From positions 1 to 41,661 of the IMG/VR virus record IMGVR_UViG_3300005805_000166: a stretch of 41,661 nt of DNA; one strand, given 5' to 3'. The stretch comes from a virus (lineage: Duplodnaviria > Caudoviricetes). The position numbers and the translations under genes are program-made. The notes under the pieces were generated by a model that saw nothing but the letters and a program-made list of their open reading frames with translations, was not told where the DNA came from and searched no databases. Positions 18,290 through 27,004 of the stretch are shown here, piece after piece. How positions within the stretch are numbered: the first letter of the stretch is position 1; every line of letters begins with the position of its first letter.

Positions 18290-20523
18290 CCCAACTGCCG
18301 CTTGAAACCATCAACGAAGACGGTAAAGCGCCAGAGACGCGCATAGCCGACGCGGCATCAGCGCGTGAAATCTTCCAGAAGTTAATTATGGCCGACGAGC
18401 TGCGCAACAGCACTCGCGCCAAACTTCGTGGTCTGGTTGATGGTAATCCTCCGTACAACCCTGCCGAGTTACGCCGTAACAATCAGGCATTCCGCACCAA
18501 TGTGAACTTCCGCGAGTCGGAAGCGTTCCTCACGTTGGCCATGTCAGCCTTCTACGACGTGTTCGCGGAAGTGCCTACCTACGCAAATGTCCGTACCGCT
18601 TACGGCAATGACATGGATAAGCGTGAGGAATGGTCGAAGGTTATTACCGAGGAATTCGACCGACTTCAGAAGCTGGACAAGGACTTCGATTATCTCGTTC
18701 AGCTTTCTCAGCGCGAGATGGTGTTGATTGGAGATGGTCCGTTGATCTTTGAAGACAGCACCAACTGGCGCTGCAAGGCCATCATGGCGACGGATCTTCT
18801 CGTTCCCGATGGCACCAAGTCGAACGTAAGCGATTGGAAGGTGGCCTGTGTCCGCACCCGCATGGGCGTGGATGATCTGTTCGAGAAGATTCAGGATGAA
18901 GAGGCGGCAAAAGCTGCCGGTTGGAATGTCGATTATGTCCGCAACCGCATTCGTGCGGCGATGCCTGAGCCGTATCGATCTGGTGTTCAGTACGATTGGG
19001 AGTTCTTCCAGCGTCAGCTTCGTTCGAACGACATTACTTTCTCTGCTCGTTCAGAGGTGGTCTTGATGTGCCACGTTTTCTACAAGGAATTCGATGGTCA
19101 GATCAGTCACTGCATCATCGATGAGCGTGACAGCGAGAACTTCATGTATCGGAAGCTGCGCCGGTTCACCCGATGGGAGCAGGTCATTCATCCGATGTAT
19201 TACGACCGTGGTGATGGTGAGCATCACGGCGTCAAAGGCTTGGGCATCAAGATGCTTCAGGCGATGGAGCTGAAGAACCGGCTTCGTTGTTCGATGGTTG
19301 ACAGTGCGTTTGCTCGCACTCAGATCCTGTTCCGACCTCTAAACCCCAATGCGCTGAGCAAGACCAGCGTCGTTCAACAAGGACCGTATGCGATATTGCC
19401 GCCCGACTACGAAGTCATTCAGCAAAACATTGCTGGCGTTCTGGACGCTCCTATGGCGGTCAACGCGGACCTTGAGAATGTTCTTCAAGGCAACCTGTCT
19501 CAGTATCGCCAATCGCTCAACAAGCCGCAGGGAAACCCTCGCACGGCCACGGAAGTACAAGCGATTGTCTCCCAGCAATCGGCAATCGGTAAGACGCAGT
19601 TGAGCCGGTATTACACCCAGCTCGATTCTTTCTTTGAGGAACGCTATCGCCGCGCTTCGAATCCGAATCTCAATCCGATTACCCGCTCGGACAAGGATGC
19701 CATTGAATTCCAGCGTCGCTGCCGTGAGCGCGGAGTGCCGCCGCAAGCCATGATGGACATCGATTACGTCGAGGCTACTCGCACGGTCGGCCAAGGTTCT
19801 CAGTTCGCTAAGCAGCAACTTCTCGGTTCACTTCTCGGTCTGTCTGGTTCTCTTCCAGAAGGCGGCAAGATCAACCTGCTCAAGGACTACATTGCTGCCC
19901 AGGTTGGGCAACAAATGGTGGATCGGTATCTGCCGTCTCAAGTCCAATCTTCTCGCGTTCAGGATCAGGCTGCTCTTGCTGTGCTAGAGCATTCGTCGCT
20001 GCGTCAGGGCAACATGCCCATCGTTACGGACACGCAGAATCAGGTCATCCATATCGAGACTCACCTCGGAGCAGCCAACGAAGCAGCCGCATCGCTTCAG
20101 CAGGGTGGCAATCCGCAGGAGATTGTTCTCTTCCTCCAGGGCATCGGTCAGCACGTTCAGGATCATCTCCAACGCCTGTCCACCGATCCTTCGCGCCGTC
20201 AGCAGGTCGATGCGTATGTCCAGCAGCTCCAGATGCTTAGTCAGACCATCGAACAGCTTGGTCAGATGATTCAGGAACAGCAGCAAGCTATGGCTCAGCA
20301 ACAACAAGCTCAGGCGATTCAGCAGGGTGTCGATCCTCGTACTGCCGTGATGAATGCGGAGGTTCAGGCAAAAATCGCTCGCCAGAACGCCGAGGTTATG
20401 GCCAATATTCAGCGTCAGAACACGAAGGCGATGGCCGACTTGGCTCGCCGGAATGCGAAGACGACGGCGGACATTCAACGAGCGAACGCAACTGCTGAGT
20501 CTACCTTGGCGCGTCAGGGATGA
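18274..20523 (+). CDS. Portal protein
   Basis: ~750 aa after TerL, RTATEV motif, Gln-rich coiled C-terminal barrel. Confidence 0.82.
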   Translation: MYGNLAQLPLETINEDGKAPETRIADAASAREIFQKLIMADELRNSTRAKLRGLVDGNPPYNPAELRRNNQAFRTNVNFRESEAFLTLAMSAFYDVFAEVPTYANVRTAYGNDMDKREEWSKVITEEFDRLQKLDKDFDYLVQLSQREMVLIGDGPLIFEDSTNWRCKAIMATDLLVPDGTKSNVSDWKVACVRTRMGVDDLFEKIQDEEAAKAAGWNVDYVRNRIRAAMPEPYRSGVQYDWEFFQRQLRSNDITFSARSEVVLMCHVFYKEFDGQISHCIIDERDSENFMYRKLRRFTRWEQVIHPMYYDRGDGEHHGVKGLGIKMLQAMELKNRLRCSMVDSAFARTQILFRPLNPNALSKTSVVQQGPYAILPPDYEVIQQNIAGVLDAPMAVNADLENVLQGNLSQYRQSLNKPQGNPRTATEVQAIVSQQSAIGKTQLSRYYTQLDSFFEERYRRASNPNLNPITRSDKDAIEFQRRCRERGVPPQAMMDIDYVEATRTVGQGSQFAKQQLLGSLLGLSGSLPEGGKINLLKDYIAAQVGQQMVDRYLPSQVQSSRVQDQAALAVLEHSSLRQGNMPIVTDTQNQVIHIETHLGAANEAAASLQQGGNPQEIVLFLQGIGQHVQDHLQRLSTDPSRRQQVDAYVQQLQMLSQTIEQLGQMIQEQQQAMAQQQQAQAIQQGVDPRTAVMNAEVQAKIARQNAEVMANIQRQNTKAMADLARRNAKTTADIQRANATAESTLARQG

Positions 20524-20527
20524 AATC

Positions 20528-21508
20528 GTGAGCAAAAAACTAACAATCGTTTACATCACATGCAGACGTGAACCGATGTTTCAATGGTTTGCGGAAACCT
20601 TGATTTCCCAATACCCAGATGGAGTTGTCACGGATCAGATAATCTTTATCGATTCGTTTCTTCACCACGAAGATGGTCGAGCTGAAAAGCTCAGCAGAAT
20701 CGTTAATGGTCGATTCAATTACACCCACACCCCTCCAAAGCCGTCTATTTGGAGAGGGAAGTATCGGAAAACAAAGTCCAACTTTTTCGATGCTTCTGGA
20801 ACCAGAAACACTGGAATCATTCTAGCTGAAAACGAACACATCGTTTTCGTGGATGATCTGAGTGCGCTGGCCGATGGATGGATCAATTTCCACAGGAAAG
20901 CCGCTGAAGATAAGGTCATCTTATGCGGAGCTTACGACAAGGTTTCAGACATCGTAATCGCCGATAACAAGATTCTAAGCTACAAGGCGAACAACCGCGA
21001 TCATCGCGCATTGAATCAGGTTGCAAGCGACAACGTGAAAGCAAGTGGCGGCTGGGTATTCGGTCAGAACGTCAGTTTTCCACTTGAGTTCCTTGAGCGT
21101 GTAAACGGTTACGACGAGTTTCTTGCAAGACGCGGGTGCGAAGACTGTAACATCGGAATCAGGATGGAGTTGGCCGGATACAAAGACCTGATTTTCTACA
21201 ATAAAAACTGCCTGATCATTGAAGATGAGGCGATGCACTGGAACGAGATAAACTGCGTAGATGAGTTTTATCCAAAACGAGTCTGGAAAACAGACTACGA
21301 AAAGCACACAAGAGTTAGTGATTTTATGAACGCAACAATGACAAACATAGAAAAGAGCAATCTGTACGTTAATAAAAACTTCAAAACAATAGACACATCA
21401 TTCAATCTAAACGAAGAGAGAGAGCTTTGGAGAAAGTCAAAGCAGTTCAAGCCAGTTGGTGATTGTGATTATTTTGATTTCGACGGGGAAAACCTTTGTG
21501 AAATTTGA
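20528..21508 (+). CDS. GT-A glycosyltransferase (GT2/GT7C-like)
   Basis: IIFID, RNTGI, IVFVDD, VNGYDE, GCED. Confidence 0.85.
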   Translation: MSKKLTIVYITCRREPMFQWFAETLISQYPDGVVTDQIIFIDSFLHHEDGRAEKLSRIVNGRFNYTHTPPKPSIWRGKYRKTKSNFFDASGTRNTGIILAENEHIVFVDDLSALADGWINFHRKAAEDKVILCGAYDKVSDIVIADNKILSYKANNRDHRALNQVASDNVKASGGWVFGQNVSFPLEFLERVNGYDEFLARRGCEDCNIGIRMELAGYKDLIFYNKNCLIIEDEAMHWNEINCVDEFYPKRVWKTDYEKHTRVSDFMNATMTNIEKSNLYVNKNFKTIDTSFNLNEERELWRKSKQFKPVGDCDYFDFDGENLCEI

Positions 21509-22089
21509 TTATTATGGGTTCACCATTTAATGGCGACACGTTCATTCAGGATGAGTTCCTCCGTTTGCGTGATAAGTACAGCCTTACAACTGCGGTAGAG
21601 ACTGGAACCAATCACGGTGATACGACTGTATGGTTGGCCAGGAACTTCCTGAAGACAGTTTCATGCGAGATAGATCAAAATCTTGTCAACGAATGCGCGG
21701 TTAAGTTCAAGGCTGAGAATGTTCATGTTGAACTTTTCCACGGTTCAAGCGAGCAGGTTTTGGATTATGTAATTCCTCATCGTGGAATTGGACACGACAC
21801 AATCTTCTTCCTCGACGCTCACTGGAATTCGTACTGCCCATTGCTTGATGAACTTGAGGCAATCTCCAAGTACGAGCTTCTTCCTGTAATCGCAATCCAC
21901 GACTTTTATGTGCCAACTGGTGGCCTTGGTTGGGATTCTTACAATGGACAAGACTACACCTTTGATTGGATCAAACCTAAAATAGACAAAATCTACAGCG
22001 CAAAAAACAAAGGATACAAATATTACTACAACACTGCTGATAAAGCGTGTGGTGCAATGAGAGGAGTAATCTACATCGTTCCAGTATGA
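21505..22089 (+). CDS. Class I SAM-dependent methyltransferase-like protein
   Basis: VETGT..G.T, SCEID, GSSE, FFLDAHW, IHD. Confidence 0.78.
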   Translation: MIIMGSPFNGDTFIQDEFLRLRDKYSLTTAVETGTNHGDTTVWLARNFLKTVSCEIDQNLVNECAVKFKAENVHVELFHGSSEQVLDYVIPHRGIGHDTIFFLDAHWNSYCPLLDELEAISKYELLPVIAIHDFYVPTGGLGWDSYNGQDYTFDWIKPKIDKIYSAKNKGYKYYYNTADKACGAMRGVIYIVPV

Positions 22090-22721
22090 TTAAAATAGAC
22101 ATCGAAAAGTCTCCGGCATTTATTGTTTCTCTTCCAGAAGGGCCAAGAGAAAAGGAATGCGTCAAATATATGGAATCGTTTGGAATCAAGGCGGTTCCAA
22201 TCTATGGTTTCAGGGCATCCAACTGCGGAATTTCAACTGAGTATTACAACTCTAAGGACAAAGGTCGGATGCAGGTGAAGTCAATAGTTGCTGGTCTGAG
22301 TCATTTCTCAGTGTGGGCCACCATCAAGTGGGCTGTTGAGACTGGATTGTACGCAAAAGATCAGCCGTTTTTGATTGTTGAAGATGACTGCAAATTTGAG
22401 TCTGAAAACTGGAAGGAGCAACTCACGCAGCAGCTTGATCATGTCCCTGAAGACTGGCAGGTCATTTACGTTGGAAGTTGTTGTGCAGCACCGTACGAAG
22501 AAAACCATCACGTTGGAGGAAATGTGTACCGACTAACGCGAGGCATGTGTACCCATTGCTACTACGTCAACTACAGTGGCGCATGCGATCTGATGAAAAC
22601 AAATCAGAAGGTTTGGTGTCCAATCGACATCCAGATGCTGGTTGATTCGATTCCGCACATGAAATTTTACGGAATCCTCCCAAGATTGGCCTATCAAGAT
22701 GGAGCTAACTTGCATCCGTGA
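22086..22721 (+). CDS. GT25-like glycosyltransferase
   Basis: FIVSL...R, LSHFSVW, LIVEDD, THCYYV, PID. Confidence 0.83.
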   Translation: MIKIDIEKSPAFIVSLPEGPREKECVKYMESFGIKAVPIYGFRASNCGISTEYYNSKDKGRMQVKSIVAGLSHFSVWATIKWAVETGLYAKDQPFLIVEDDCKFESENWKEQLTQQLDHVPEDWQVIYVGSCCAAPYEENHHVGGNVYRLTRGMCTHCYYVNYSGACDLMKTNQKVWCPIDIQMLVDSIPHMKFYGILPRLAYQDGANLHP

Positions 22722-24077
22722 ATGAAAGACATAATCCGAAGCATAAGCCTCAAAGCTCTCAAGCGATTTGCCAACGGAGGAGACGGTCAGGCGGACCTTC
22801 TCATGCAGATCGAAGACCTTCAGAAAACCCTTGAGATTCGAACCAAAGAACATGACGAGCATTTGACCGAGGTCCGCGAGGAACGCGATCATTGGCTTGC
22901 TCTGTACGACGAAATCAAATTCGCAGCCGAGTTTCTAATGAGCTACGCAAAAAATGATGTCCCCAAGCTGACAGAACAGACCGATTGGGAGGTTGGTAAA
23001 ATCGTCCTGCCGCAGGAGACAGGAACTTACTACTTCAATCCAGCCATCATGCAGGAGCCTGATGGACGAATCATGCTCTTTGTTCGTCGCTGCCGTAACA
23101 AGCGCGAGAAGGATGAGGATGTCTACGTCGAGAAGAACGACATTGTCGCCTTCGAGCTGAGTAAAGATTTACGAGCCACAAAAAAGTCGATCCTTCAGCT
23201 AACGTCTCATTATCCAAATGAGCAGTTTGAAGATCCTCGCGTGGTCAGATTCGGTGACAAGTACGCCATCAGCGCGTGTACATTCATCCCGTTCAAGAGC
23301 TACGCGCATCAGGCAATGTTCCTGCTCGACAAGCAGTTCCTAAACGTAGGCCGGTTCGATCCGATCTACGGCAACAACTACGCGCAGGCCATGATCAACG
23401 ATGGCCATGAAAAGAACTGGCTCTATTTCGCCCACGACAATGCGCCGCACATGGTGTATTCGGCCAATCCTCATGTCGTTGTCCGCATGAATGGGCGGTT
23501 AGAGAAGGAGGCAGAGTACGTCACCGAAGAGTTTAATCCTCTCTGGAAGTTTGGAGAGGTCCGAGGCGGATCTAATCCGATCCTTTGCGATGGACTCTAC
23601 TGGACCTTCTTCCACAGCTCGCTTCCTTGGATCAACAAGAAGCGCCGGTATTACATGGGAGCATACGCATTCGAGGCTAAGCCTCCTTTCCGTATCGTTC
23701 GCATGACCACGTTGCCGCTTCTGACCGGAACGAACCAGCAGGATTGGTGGCCTGGATTGCCTGCGGTCGTGTTCCCGTGCGGTGGTTTTTTCGATAGCGC
23801 GAAGAACAACTTCGTCATCTCGTACGGCATCAACGACGTTGATTGCGGTTACATGAAGATACCTTTGGCCGACTTGCTTGAGGTTACGAAGGTAATTCGA
23901 CCGAAGCGCGATGTGGTCAACAAGGAGAACCCTCCGACATTGGTTGACGTTCTCGATCCGATTCCCGAGCGGCATAAACTGAAACGAAACAAGAAATCAA
24001 AGTACAATGAACTGGCTAAGAGGCTTGACGAAAACCCGCAGCAATCAGGAGAAGCAGGATCTGCTGAGTCTGCCTGA
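22722..24077 (+). CDS. GH130-like five-bladed propeller glycoside phosphorylase/transferase with N-terminal coiled coil
   Basis: FNPAI, FEDPRV, EKNW, RGGS, VVFPCG, ISYGIND. Confidence 0.82.
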   Translation: MKDIIRSISLKALKRFANGGDGQADLLMQIEDLQKTLEIRTKEHDEHLTEVREERDHWLALYDEIKFAAEFLMSYAKNDVPKLTEQTDWEVGKIVLPQETGTYYFNPAIMQEPDGRIMLFVRRCRNKREKDEDVYVEKNDIVAFELSKDLRATKKSILQLTSHYPNEQFEDPRVVRFGDKYAISACTFIPFKSYAHQAMFLLDKQFLNVGRFDPIYGNNYAQAMINDGHEKNWLYFAHDNAPHMVYSANPHVVVRMNGRLEKEAEYVTEEFNPLWKFGEVRGGSNPILCDGLYWTFFHSSLPWINKKRRYYMGAYAFEAKPPFRIVRMTTLPLLTGTNQQDWWPGLPAVVFPCGGFFDSAKNNFVISYGINDVDCGYMKIPLADLLEVTKVIRPKRDVVNKENPPTLVDVLDPIPERHKLKRNKKSKYNELAKRLDENPQQSGEAGSAESA

Positions 24078-24339
24078 GGTAAACATTTCCGAATGGCAAA
24101 CAGAAGGTCAGCAAGCTGAGCTGGCTCAAATTCTTAAGAATCCAATCCTTCGCATGGCCATTCGAATCGTCGCTGAGTCGATGCCTGTGCCGATGCCGTC
24201 TGCGAACAGCAAGGAATCCGACATTATTTTCGCTGCCGGTGTAACCGCTGGCTACGCACATTGTCTTGAAAACCTCCGTAAATTGGCGGTAATTGAGACG
24301 CAGAAAGAACCTGAAGCAACTTTCGATAAACAATACTAA
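24007..24339 (+). CDS. Small head-module protein preceding scaffold
   Basis: Position and helical AAG...G pattern. Confidence 0.65.
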   Translation: MNWLRGLTKTRSNQEKQDLLSLPEVNISEWQTEGQQAELAQILKNPILRMAIRIVAESMPVPMPSANSKESDIIFAAGVTAGYAHCLENLRKLAVIETQKEPEATFDKQY

Positions 24340-24349
24340 ATAAAACAAC

Positions 24350-25531
24350 ATGGACGAACCACTTAACTCACCTCTCGTTAACTCTGCTCAACCGCCCGAC
24401 TTCGGAAGCTCATTCATCGACGCATTCAAGGCGAATGGAATCGAAGACGCGGCGGCGGCGGACGAAGGTGCATCGACAGCGGCCCAGGTGACTGAGGAGC
24501 CGAAGCAAAAGAAGAAATCCGATGCAGCATCCTCCAAGCTCAGCAAATCCGAGATGGATATTGAGCGGATGTTCGGCACTAAGAAGACCGAAACCGCTCC
24601 AGTTACCGAGGATGCGGCGGCAAATCCTGATGCTGACATCCCGGAATCAATCAAGTCTACGAAGGCTGCTGATGCTTTTCGCAAGATCAAGGAAGAGAAG
24701 GCGCAGCTTGCGAAGCAGTTGGAAGAATTGAAGCTCGGAAAGTCTTCGACTCCTGACTTCGAATCCAAGTTGAAGACCTTGCAGGAGGAACGTGATGCGC
24801 TTTCTGAGCGTGTTCGACTCCTCGACATCGAGCGTCACCCTGAATTCGTCAAGAAGTACGAGAGCAAGATCAATGGAGTCTTTGATTCCGTAAAGAACTT
24901 GGTCGGAACTGATGGCGAACGGCTTGTTGGCCTACTCAAGTCGCCTGAGAACGACTATCGGAACTCGCAGATCGACGACATCGTTGAGGGTCTTTCTCCG
25001 TCAAAGAAGGCAAAGCTCGGTGCATTGATCGTGAAGTACGACGAAATCAATGGAGAACGCACTTCCGAGATGTCGGAAGCAAAGTCCGATTACGACGCCA
25101 TTCTTTCTCGTTATCAGCAGGACAACGAGGAGGGAACCAAGGCGGCATTGGAGTCGGCCAATAAAACTTGGCAGAAGGTTTCAACCGATGCTCGTTCGCT
25201 TGAGATTTTCGAACCTCGCGAGAACGATGAGGAATGGAATTCCGAGCTAAACGGACGACTTAGCCTCGCTCAGCAGATTTTCAATGGCGAGAACAGTGAG
25301 GAAGACCTCGCCAAGGCCGCTCTTTGGGCCGCTGCTGCGCCTAAATACCGTGAGCTTCTCTACTCTCAGGTTGAGGTAAACAAGCGCCTACAAGCCGAAT
25401 TGGCGAAGTATCGAGGCAGCGAACCTGGAGTTACCTCTCGCGCAACGACCGGAGGAAGCCGTCCGTCGAATACGAACTCTTCGAAGAGCGAGGATTTCGT
25501 TGCCAGCGTGATGAAGTCGCTCGGACGCTAA
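24350..25531 (+). CDS. Capsid scaffolding protein
   Basis: Acidic low-complexity N-terminus, long coiled coil, short C-terminal helix. Confidence 0.7.
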   Translation: MDEPLNSPLVNSAQPPDFGSSFIDAFKANGIEDAAAADEGASTAAQVTEEPKQKKKSDAASSKLSKSEMDIERMFGTKKTETAPVTEDAAANPDADIPESIKSTKAADAFRKIKEEKAQLAKQLEELKLGKSSTPDFESKLKTLQEERDALSERVRLLDIERHPEFVKKYESKINGVFDSVKNLVGTDGERLVGLLKSPENDYRNSQIDDIVEGLSPSKKAKLGALIVKYDEINGERTSEMSEAKSDYDAILSRYQQDNEEGTKAALESANKTWQKVSTDARSLEIFEPRENDEEWNSELNGRLSLAQQIFNGENSEEDLAKAALWAAAAPKYRELLYSQVEVNKRLQAELAKYRGSEPGVTSRATTGGSRPSNTNSSKSEDFVASVMKSLGR

Positions 25532-25540
25532 AAACAATTA

Positions 25541-25574
25541 TCCCCCGATGGTTTCATAGCCACCGGGGGATTTT
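25541..25574. terminator. Terminator between convergent operons
   Basis: TCCCCCGATGG...CCACCGGGGGA stem then TTTT; A/T-rich on other side. Confidence 0.75.
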
Positions 25575-25582
25575 CGTTTAAA

Positions 25583-25723
25583 TCACTTACGGTAAGGACC
25601 GCTGCCACTCGGAACCGGCTTAGGCTGAGGTTTAACCGGCGGCTTCGGAGGCGGAGACTGCTTGTAAGGTCCGCTGCCACCACCGACTGCTGGCGAACCT
25701 TTGTACGGTGCGTTGCTGCTCAT
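25583..25723 (-). CDS. 46-aa Pro/Gly/Lys-rich microprotein (absent from ORF track)
   Basis: MSSNAPYKGSPAVGGGSGPYKQSPPPKPPVKPQPKPVPSGSGPYRK; starts 2 nt after upstream stop, ends at terminator. Confidence 0.65.
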   Translation of the reverse strand: MSSNAPYKGSPAVGGGSGPYKQSPPPKPPVKPQPKPVPSGSGPYRK

Positions 25724-25725
25724 AA

Positions 25726-25956
25726 TTATTCCTTTGGAAGAGCATACCAACCTTCATGGATGATGATGCTGTTCTTACTACGCACCGTTTTGCCGCTGGA
25801 GTCAACCACCCAAACCTTAGCCTTAACGCTCTCAGCGAGGCGTATAGGCTCACCGTGGGGGACGTAAATCACTCTGCTCGCGCAGCTCACGCTCATGCTC
25901 GCGCACACGATCAAGAAGACCGCGCTTAAGATCGGGTTGCTTCTTAGCGTCTTCAC
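25726..25956 (-). CDS. o-spanin-like lipoprotein
   Basis: Hydrophobic signal, lipobox-like SVSC, overlaps upstream gene in another frame. Confidence 0.62.
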   Translation of the reverse strand: MKTLRSNPILSAVFLIVCASMSVSCASRVIYVPHGEPIRLAESVKAKVWVVDSSGKTVRSKNSIIIHEGWYALPKE

Positions 25957-26029
25957 TCGTCGTATCTTTGGTCGTCAGCGAATGAATCCAGATGACCAGC
26001 TTCATCACGAAGTCGGCCAGGAAGTTCAT
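25850..26029 (-). CDS. i-spanin-like protein (59 aa, absent from ORF track)
   Basis: MNFLADFVMKLVIWIHSL then charged helix; ATGA overlap with holin. Confidence 0.6.
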   Translation of the reverse strand: MNFLADFVMKLVIWIHSLTTKDTTSEDAKKQPDLKRGLLDRVREHERELREQSDLRPPR

Positions 26030-26220
26030 TCCGTCTGTTTGGCGGGTGCGGAAGCGGCTGATTGTTTGTTCTTCCAGATCGACCAGACGGCACCGATCAA
26101 AGTGACGGTTGCACCGGCAATCTCAGCGACTTGATCAGCACTGGCCAACCCTTTGGCGACGAGGAAACCGCCGAGTGCGCTAAGACCGTGGCGGATAAGA
26201 GAGGATACGTTAGGGTTCAT
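26026..26220 (-). CDS. Holin-like protein
   Basis: IRH.L..LGG.LV.KG...WS pattern, two TM helices, basic tail. Confidence 0.72.
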   Translation of the reverse strand: MNPNVSSLIRHGLSALGGFLVAKGLASADQVAEIAGATVTLIGAVWSIWKNKQSAASAPAKQTE

Positions 26221-26414
26221 TTGTTTCTATTTTTGAATTTCTGATACAGTTCAACCAGCTTGACGACGCATGTCAGAAAAGCGGCGAAGGCACCGAGTGC
26301 GAGTGATGCCGTCTTGAGATTCGGATCGGAGAACATGGCGTTCCCCATGATGCCGATGATCGGACCACCGACGCCGATTGAGATGTCTCGAATGAAAGCG
26401 TGGTGGTCCGTCAT
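26217..26414 (-). CDS. Small membrane protein (holin/antiholin-like)
   Basis: Two hydrophobic segments, basic C-terminus. Confidence 0.6.
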   Translation of the reverse strand: MTDHHAFIRDISIGVGGPIIGIMGNAMFSDPNLKTASLALGAFAAFLTCVVKLVELYQKFKNRNK

Positions 26415-26423
26415 CGTATGCGA

Positions 26424-26585
26424 TTAGTTAGCGGAAGGAACCTGCGACTGCTTGGCGGCTTCCAGAATAATTTCGGCCAGAGGTACTCCGACCTTTGCGT
26501 TCTGGAAACCGCCAGCCTTGATGGCGATATCGATGAGTTGCAGCAGGGTATTCGCTTGTTCCGTGGTCAGTTCAATTTTAATCAT
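26424..26585 (-). CDS. 53-aa fibre-associated protein (absent from ORF track)
   Basis: MIKIELTTEQANTLLQLIDIAIKAGG...; ATGA overlap with upstream gene. Confidence 0.68.
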   Translation of the reverse strand: MIKIELTTEQANTLLQLIDIAIKAGGFQNAKVGVPLAEIILEAAKQSQVPSAN

Positions 26586-26998
26586 GCCGACGGAGCATCG
26601 GAGACACTCGCATCATTGACAACCAAAACCGGCTCAACCTGCTCAATGATCGGAGGCACCGGAGGCGATGAAGGCTGCGCCGCCCACGGCAGCGGCGGAG
26701 CGATGACCGGAGGGTTGATCTGGTTTTCGATCTGGAGCGTGACGTTCGCTTCAATTGCCGTCTGATCGACGCCATTGGCGAAGCACCAGCCCAACACTTG
26801 ATCCTGCGTGAGCTGATCGTACGGCGTGAATGATCCAGTAGGCGGAGCGAACGACGCGCTGCCGTAGCAGGTGCCGCTGTAGGTGCCATCGGTGCCGTTG
26901 CAACGCCAGTCGGCGGTAATCACAACGTCCGTGAGACTGCCTTCGGTGGGCTTAACGAGAAGGCGTTCGATGATCCAGACAATGGAGATGGTGGTCAT
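26582..26998 (-). CDS. Conserved fibre-associated protein
   Basis: DVV.TADWRC.G.DG...F.PYDQLT.DQVLGW motif common after phage fibres. Confidence 0.75.
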   Translation of the reverse strand: MTTISIVWIIERLLVKPTEGSLTDVVITADWRCNGTDGTYSGTCYGSASFAPPTGSFTPYDQLTQDQVLGWCFANGVDQTAIEANVTLQIENQINPPVIAPPLPWAAQPSSPPVPPIIEQVEPVLVVNDASVSDAPSA

Positions 26999-27004
26999 GG
27001 GATA

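Noticed and set aside
20354-20527. N-terminal extension of GT2 overlapping portal
   Set aside because: Arg-rich off-frame translation; GTG at 20528 fits the GT-A first strand
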